From positions 1 through 27,803 of IMG/VR virus record IMGVR_UViG_3300048598_000045: a DNA stretch of 27,803 nucleotides, one strand, 5' to 3'. The notes beneath the pieces are model-generated. The model saw only the letters and a program-made list of their open reading frames with translations, had not been told where the DNA came from and ran no database searches. Numbering within the stretch: position 1 is the first letter of the stretch; each line of letters starts with the position of its first letter. The position numbers and the translations under genes were made by a program. This DNA comes from a virus. Taxonomy: Duplodnaviria > Caudoviricetes. This document shows positions 22,836-27,803 of the stretch, piece by piece.

Positions 22836-23108
22836 TCATTGCGCCTTACCGTGAGGCTCAGCACTGGCGAGGAGCAGGTCGTCGATTGCTCTTTTCAGTC
22901 CAAGAAGGCCTTCACGGTTGCTCTGGAGCTGAGCGACGACATGGGGAACGATCGGGACCGTTTTGTCGGTCATGGGGGTAGGTCTGCCATTGGCGAGAAC
23001 GATGCTGAACAAGCCGTTGACCTGCCACATGGCGGATATTCCGTCGAAGGCCAGAGTGGGCGCGCCGGCATCAACGCAAATGGGTACGGGTCTGGAATCC
23101 TCGGGCAC
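22836..23108 (-). CDS. Small hypothetical protein with DUF3467-like pattern
   Basis: GTG at 23108 after GGGGGA; APTLAFDGI...NGLFSIVLA...HVVAQLQSNREGLLGLKRAIDDLL. Confidence 0.7.
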   Translation of the reverse strand: MPEDSRPVPICVDAGAPTLAFDGISAMWQVNGLFSIVLANGRPTPMTDKTVPIVPHVVAQLQSNREGLLGLKRAIDDLLLASAEPHGKAQ

Positions 23109-23200
23109 GGTCAATCCCCCAGCATGGCATAAATCAATCCTGACCCAGCGTAGCAGCTGAGTCCACGGCATTTCCTGCCGGTTTCTCGGACATTTCACCC

Positions 23201-23233
23201 AAGGCCGCCCCTCACCGGGCGGCCTTTTCTTTT
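23201..23233 (+). terminator. Intrinsic terminator upstream of tail fibre gene
   Basis: AAGGCCGCCC-CTCACC-GGGCGGCCTT-TTCTTTT. Confidence 0.75.
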
Positions 23234-23242
23234 GGAGACGCC

Positions 23243-24196
23243 ATGAGCGCTTATCTCTGGCCCCTGTCCCGAACGACGGTTCTCGACCTCAACGGCGATG
23301 TTGTTCCGGGCGCATGGTTGAACTTCTGGGTAGCCGGCACAACCACGCCGCTTGTCACCTATCGGGACAGTGCGCTGACGGCCCCGCATCCGGTCGTGAT
23401 CGAGGCGGACGCGGCGGGCCGGCTCCCCGCGGTCTACATGCCGTATACCGACTACCGCCAGCGGGTGAGGACGCCGGGCGGGACGCTACTGTTCGACGAC
23501 GACGGCATTGCCAATCCGGCTCCTGCGACCTCCGGCGGCGGCGGCAGTGTGCCGGCTGAGCAGCTTATCGAGACAGGCGACCTCAAGTTCAGCGTCGGTA
23601 GCGGGTCGCGACCCGGCTATGTGCGCCTCAACGGCCGGACGCTCGGGAGCGCCGGCTCTGGCGCCACCGAGCGCGCCAATGCCGACTGCGAAGACCTCTA
23701 CATCTGGATCTGGAATAACCTCGCTAATGATATCTGCCCTGTTGCTGGCGGGCGCGGTGGTTCCGGCGCCGCTGACTTTGCTGCCAACAAGACAATCCAG
23801 CTCATCGATGGGCGGTGCAAAGGCCCGTTCGGCGTCGATGGGATGGGCAGCAGCCTGACCAACGGGCTTAATAACGTGCCGTTCACGAATGGCGGCACGC
23901 AGCAAGCCGGCTCTTCCGGTGGCGCTGCGATGCATACCCTGTCCGTGGCTGAACTCGCCCCGCACCCTCACTCCATCAGCCTGAACCCGAACTTCAATGA
24001 CGTTTACACGCTGATCCAGACCACAGGCGTCGGCGTCGCTTCTGGCGTGACGACGGTCAACTCGGTCATCACCAACACCACGACAACGACGCCAAACAGC
24101 CTGAGCATCAGCGGCGGCACTGGCAACGCCGGCTCTGGCAGCGCCCACAATAACATGCCGCCCTTCCTCCTCGGCACTTGGTACCAGAAGCTGTGA
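23243..24196 (+). CDS. Tail fibre protein with head-binding-type N-terminus and collar domain
   Basis: DLNGDVVPGA.LNF.VAGTTTP..TY.D...PHP...DAAGR; TGDLK...GYVRLNG.T.G collar; HTLSVAELAPH.H and HNNMPP...WYQKL tip motifs. Confidence 0.85.
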   Translation: MSAYLWPLSRTTVLDLNGDVVPGAWLNFWVAGTTTPLVTYRDSALTAPHPVVIEADAAGRLPAVYMPYTDYRQRVRTPGGTLLFDDDGIANPAPATSGGGGSVPAEQLIETGDLKFSVGSGSRPGYVRLNGRTLGSAGSGATERANADCEDLYIWIWNNLANDICPVAGGRGGSGAADFAANKTIQLIDGRCKGPFGVDGMGSSLTNGLNNVPFTNGGTQQAGSSGGAAMHTLSVAELAPHPHSISLNPNFNDVYTLIQTTGVGVASGVTTVNSVITNTTTTTPNSLSISGGTGNAGSGSAHNNMPPFLLGTWYQKL

Positions 24197-24203
24197 GGGC
24201 GCG

Positions 24204-24551
24204 ATGAGCTATCTCGGCGCCTTCGCCCCGCAGCCGAACGCTGCGGACTTCTCCGAATACATCGAGGTCCTGGACGACGATACCGGCACCGCGTGGGACC
24301 TCTCCACCTCGCTCGTTGAGATGGAGATCGTCGATCAGCGAGGCGGCCGCCGGCTGTATGGCTCCACCGCTGACGGGAAGCTTGGACTCGTCGCGGACGG
24401 GTTCGATTTCCTGTTCCCAGCTGCCTCGATGCGCGGGCTCTGTGCCGGCTCCTACACCGTGAACATCCGCATCACCGATAACGTTACAGGCGCCGTTGCC
24501 GAGCCTGTCATCGCTGACCTGCCCGTCATTGAAGGAGGCTTCCGCGGATGA
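24204..24551 (+). CDS. Tail adaptor, BppU N-terminal-like beta sandwich
   Basis: DDDTGTAWDLS...VEMEI, L.AGSYTVNIRITD pattern. Confidence 0.65.
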   Translation: MSYLGAFAPQPNAADFSEYIEVLDDDTGTAWDLSTSLVEMEIVDQRGGRRLYGSTADGKLGLVADGFDFLFPAASMRGLCAGSYTVNIRITDNVTGAVAEPVIADLPVIEGGFRG

Positions 24552-25387
24552 CCCGTCCAGCCTTGCGCATGCGCATCGTCCCGCGTTTCCCCGCCCGCAT
24601 CCAAGCATCTGACGGCGTTCGCGTCGACCGCACTGGCGGCGTCGTTACCATCCGGCAGGATTGGAATAGCATCGCTCAGGAGCCGGCGCCCTCCGACCCA
24701 ACGACCTACGAGCTATTGCTGCGTGGACCGGATGGGGGCCTCGCGCGCGTTCCGGGCACGCCGCTGGTACCCGTATCCTGGAGCACGCTGAGCGGGAAGC
24801 CGACAGAATTCCCGCCCGAGGCGCATACACACGGCATCCCCGATGTCACCAACCTGCAAACGGCGCTGGACGCGAAGGTCAATACCTCCGCCACCATCGA
24901 CGTTGCGCACGGCGGGTCTGGCCGCACGTCAGCGACGGCCTATGCGGTTGTATGCGGAGGCACGACCGGGGCCGGCGCTCATCAGTCTGTGGCGAGCCTC
25001 GGCGCGTCCGGCGACGTTCTCACCTCGAATGGCGCGGGCGCTCTTCCGACATTCCAGACGCCGCCCGGCCTGACTGGCGCTGTGCGTTATGACATTGCGC
25101 AGGCGCTTTCATCCGGGCAGCAGGCGCAGGCGCGCAGCAACATGGCGGCAATCCCCCAGCCGCAAACGGCGGCCGGTGTTGGGCAGCGCCTGAAAATCGC
25201 TCCACCAGCAGACAACGGCTACAACCTTCCGGCGGGTGGGACCTGGGAATGGTGGGTGCTGCGGTTCGCCGTTACCGGCAACGTCTACAACGGCGTGTTT
25301 CTGACGGGGGTCGATGCCGGTGGAACGAACGTCGCCCCCTCAACAACTGGCAGTTATTACCTCGGCATTGCCAGAAGGGTGTTGTGA
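24548..25387 (+). CDS. Second tail fibre / receptor-binding protein
   Basis: WSTLSGKPTEFPPEAHTH.IPDVTNLQTALDAK, VAHGGSG, GDVLTSNGAGALPTF, QALSSGQQAQARSN fibre repeats. Confidence 0.85.
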   Translation: MTRPALRMRIVPRFPARIQASDGVRVDRTGGVVTIRQDWNSIAQEPAPSDPTTYELLLRGPDGGLARVPGTPLVPVSWSTLSGKPTEFPPEAHTHGIPDVTNLQTALDAKVNTSATIDVAHGGSGRTSATAYAVVCGGTTGAGAHQSVASLGASGDVLTSNGAGALPTFQTPPGLTGAVRYDIAQALSSGQQAQARSNMAAIPQPQTAAGVGQRLKIAPPADNGYNLPAGGTWEWWVLRFAVTGNVYNGVFLTGVDAGGTNVAPSTTGSYYLGIARRVL

Positions 25388-25830
25388 TGAGCGCTGTGCT
25401 GGAATTGATCTGGAGCCGACCGGACGGGACTTGGGAAGGCTCTGTCAATCAGAAACCTTACCATTTTGAGCCCAACAGCGACTTTTGGGCAGAAGCGCAG
25501 GAAATAGCAGGCTCTCTTTCGGGCCCGCTTCCCGAAAAGCCAGAGCCAGAGCCGGCGCCTGTCACGCTCGACGACTTCCGTCGCGCCATCCAGGCCCATA
25601 TCGACGCTACTGCGCAGGAGCGTGGCTATGACAGCGGCGTGTCCTGCGCGTCCTATGTGAACTCGACAAACCAAGCATGGGCGTCCGAAGCTTCGGCGTT
25701 CGTCGCGCGGCGCGATAATGCATGGGCCTATGTCTATGCCGAGTTGGAGAAGGTCCAATCCGGCCTGCGCGAACAGCCGACAATCGAGGACATCCTGGCC
25801 GAACTTCCGCCGATGATCTGGCCGGCTTAA
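25387..25830 (+). CDS. Tail fibre assembly-type protein
   Basis: AIQAHIDATAQERGYD...SCASY..S...WA.EA.AFVA.RD..W, ILAELP...W motif; TGATG coupling. Confidence 0.8.
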   Translation: MSAVLELIWSRPDGTWEGSVNQKPYHFEPNSDFWAEAQEIAGSLSGPLPEKPEPEPAPVTLDDFRRAIQAHIDATAQERGYDSGVSCASYVNSTNQAWASEASAFVARRDNAWAYVYAELEKVQSGLREQPTIEDILAELPPMIWPA

Positions 25831-25973
25831 GGGCAGTTCAGAACTGCGGCGATGGAGCCCGGCGTCGTGGCCTTGCAGCCGACATCGCCGCCGCGCATGC
25901 TGATAAGCGCCGCGGCGCCAATCAATGCGAACGCGGCGAACGAAATGACAATCTGAGCGCGCTTAGCCGTCAT
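25827..25973 (-). CDS. 48-aa membrane-anchored peptide with two cysteines (moron)
   Basis: Manual translation MTAKRAQIVISFAAFALIGAAALISMRGGDVGCKATTPGSIAAVLNCP; AGGA SD; convergent TTAA stop overlap. Confidence 0.55.
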   Translation of the reverse strand: MTAKRAQIVISFAAFALIGAAALISMRGGDVGCKATTPGSIAAVLNCP

Positions 25974-26062
25974 GGATTTCAGATCCTAACTCACCTGTTT
26001 GTAACCATACCACATTTCAGACGGGTGTGGCGATGGCAGCGGATCGCGAGTCGGTCGCAGCG

Positions 26063-26311
26063 TCAGGCGAGTCCACCGACCCATGCGATCATCTTCGGCG
26101 GCGCCAAATACAGCGCCAAAAGCCATGCGAGAATGAAAGCGGCGATCCAGTTGTAACGATTGAAGGCCGACGCGACGAAGATCAGCGCGAATATGAGCCA
26201 TGCAGAGTATTCCACGTGCCCCTGATATGCGCTCAGCACTACACCCAGAAGCCCGAGTATAAGTCCGCGGAGCGCGGAGAACACCCGCGAGAGTACCGCT
26301 GCTTCGCTCAT
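26063..26311 (-). CDS. 82-aa three-TM membrane protein (moron)
   Basis: Three hydrophobic segments; GGGGG SD before ATG 26311. Confidence 0.65.
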   Translation of the reverse strand: MSEAAVLSRVFSALRGLILGLLGVVLSAYQGHVEYSAWLIFALIFVASAFNRYNWIAAFILAWLLALYLAPPKMIAWVGGLA

Positions 26312-26410
26312 TCCGTGCCCCCGATTCGGTTGGGTTGCCAACGATCACAGCACGCATTTCCTAAGAAACCGGCAACCACAGCCGCGGACTAGGAATTACA
26401 CCCGAGCCCC

Positions 26411-26431
26411 GCCCGCCTCGCGCGGGCTTTT
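26411..26431 (+). terminator. Intrinsic terminator-like hairpin upstream of lysis cassette
   Basis: GCCCGC-CTCGC-GCGGGC-TTTT. Confidence 0.55.
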
Positions 26432-26450
26432 CCATGCGCGGAGCAGACCC

Positions 26451-27143
26451 ATGTTCACCGCTGACGATCTCACGCGGCTCGCGAAGGCGTGCGGCGCAAA
26501 ACCCAATGCTGCTGTCATCCGCGGCATCGTCGAGAATCAGGACTGGCTCGACGTTGGCGGGATCAGCACCGCGCCGCACCTTGCCGAGTTCCTGGCGCAG
26601 GCATGCCTTGAGACGGACTATTTCAAGACGCTCGAGGAGTACTGGGGGCCGACCAAGGACCAAAAGGGCTATGAGGGCCGGAAGGACCTTGGGAACGTCG
26701 TGGCCGGCGATGGCGAGAAGTTCAAGGGCCGCGGCATTTTCCAATGCACGGGCCGGGCGAATTACACGACCTATGGCCGGCGCCTCGGGATTGACCTGCT
26801 GAAGGAGCCTCAGCGCGCGGTCGAGCCGGAGATCGGCGTCCGCATCGCGGTCATGTACTGGAACGGCAAGGGCCTGAACGCCTACGCGGACAAGGGCGAG
26901 ACGGCGGCCATCTCGCGGGCGATCAACCGGGGCAATCCGAAATCTACCAAGCCGGCCAACCATGAGGCCGACAGGATCAAGATCGCCAAGCTGGCGCGGG
27001 AGATCATCGCGCCTGTGCCGAGCGCGCCGCCGGAACCAGAGCCACCCCGCCATGACGGCAAGTTCGAAGTTCCTGCCTCTGAGCGAGGCTTCCTCGCCCG
27101 CTTCTTCTCCGCTCTCTTCCGCCGTCTGAAAGGTGCCGCATGA
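26451..27143 (+). CDS. Endolysin, glycoside hydrolase family 19
   Basis: FLAQACLET..F..LEE, YEGRKDLGN...GDG.KFKGRG.FQ.TGRANY, YW...GLN.YAD, ISRAINRG. Confidence 0.93.
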   Translation: MFTADDLTRLAKACGAKPNAAVIRGIVENQDWLDVGGISTAPHLAEFLAQACLETDYFKTLEEYWGPTKDQKGYEGRKDLGNVVAGDGEKFKGRGIFQCTGRANYTTYGRRLGIDLLKEPQRAVEPEIGVRIAVMYWNGKGLNAYADKGETAAISRAINRGNPKSTKPANHEADRIKIAKLAREIIAPVPSAPPEPEPPRHDGKFEVPASERGFLARFFSALFRRLKGAA

Positions 27144-27667
27144 ACGATCTGATCCAGGCGCTGGTGAAAGCCGGCGCGCCTATCCTCGGCACTGTCATTG
27201 GCGGACCTGTCGGGACGTTGGCCGGGGCCGCCATCGGTGCGCTGGCGGAAGCGCTGGGGACGCCAGCCACCCCGGAAGCCGTCAAGCAGGCTATCGAGAC
27301 GAAGCCGGGCGCGGTTGAGATCGTCAAGCAGGTCGAGGCCGAAAAGGCTCCGGCTCTGAGCGCCGATCTGGAAGCCATCATTCGGGATAGGCAGGCGGCG
27401 CGCAACCAGACCATGGCCCTCGTCGAGAAGGGCTCCCCGATGGCTTGGGGCGCCGCCGTCGTGTCTCTGATCGTCGTGTGCGGGTTCGTGGTCCTGTCCC
27501 TGCTGGCGATGAAACCAGAGGCGGCCGGCGTGCGCTCTGATGTGGTCCTGTACCTGCTCGGCGCGTGGCAGTCACTGGCCACCTCAGTCATTGCCTACTG
27601 GGTCGGGTCCAGCGCCGGAAGCGCTACCAAAGACGCCGCCTTGAAACAGATCGCCTCCTCGAAATGA
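27140..27667 (+). CDS. Holin-like membrane protein
   Basis: APILGTVIGGPVG N-terminus, two C-terminal TMs, YWVGSSAGSATKD motif; coupled to endolysin. Confidence 0.8.
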   Translation: MNDLIQALVKAGAPILGTVIGGPVGTLAGAAIGALAEALGTPATPEAVKQAIETKPGAVEIVKQVEAEKAPALSADLEAIIRDRQAARNQTMALVEKGSPMAWGAAVVSLIVVCGFVVLSLLAMKPEAAGVRSDVVLYLLGAWQSLATSVIAYWVGSSAGSATKDAALKQIASSK

Positions 27668-27803
27668 CGACTGGCGAGGTCAAACCCATGTCGACGAGCG
27701 GGGTGCACGAGAAAGTGTCTTGGGACAACCACGAGCGCCTTGTCCGCCTAGAGACAAAACACGAGCACCTGACGGAGAAGGTCTCAGGGATGGCCGATAA
27801 GGT
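27664..27803 (+). CDS. Partial lysis-region coiled-coil protein (XhlA-like), truncated by window edge
   Basis: ATGA overlap; MTTGEVKPMSTSG...HERLVRLETKHEHLTEKVSGMADK open to the edge. Confidence 0.6.
   Translation, partial: MTTGEVKPMSTSGVHEKVSWDNHERLVRLETKHEHLTEKVSGMADK

Noticed and set aside
23243-25830. Diversity-generating retroelement or invertible tail fibre cassette
   Set aside because: No reverse transcriptase, invertase, template repeat or flanking inverted repeats seen in the window

Overview
GC-rich window covering most of a temperate, lambdoid-organised phage or prophage with a P22-like (podovirus) virion module. The host is probably alphaproteobacterial (inferred from GapR-like and DnaA-CTD genes and LexA-box-like motifs). 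Order: truncated first PL gene with 27-bp repeats; immunity region (two accessory genes, XRE repressor with no peptidase domain, OL/OR operators TCGTAC-N5-GTACGA); rightward early operon (Cro-like, GapR-like, CII-position gene, DnaA-CTD protein, RusA, DNA methyltransferase, replication initiator, micro-ORFs, Q-position regulator); structured non-coding late leader; terminases, portal, scaffold, coat, gp4/gp10-like proteins, HNH-AP2 endonuclease, three ejection proteins; an opposite-strand four-gene cassette at the P22 sieA/immI position; tail fibre genes; two opposite-strand morons; GH19 endolysin and holin-like genes. Most notable candidates: (1) a 60-aa ORF antisense to the 3' half of the repressor, preceded by a near-consensus LexA box (possible SOS antirepressor switch); (2) two tandem tRNA-like cloverleaf RNAs in the late leader; (3) a DUF3467-like plus membrane-protein module present twice at exclusion/defence positions. 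All family assignments come from motif recognition and synteny by eye; no searches were run.
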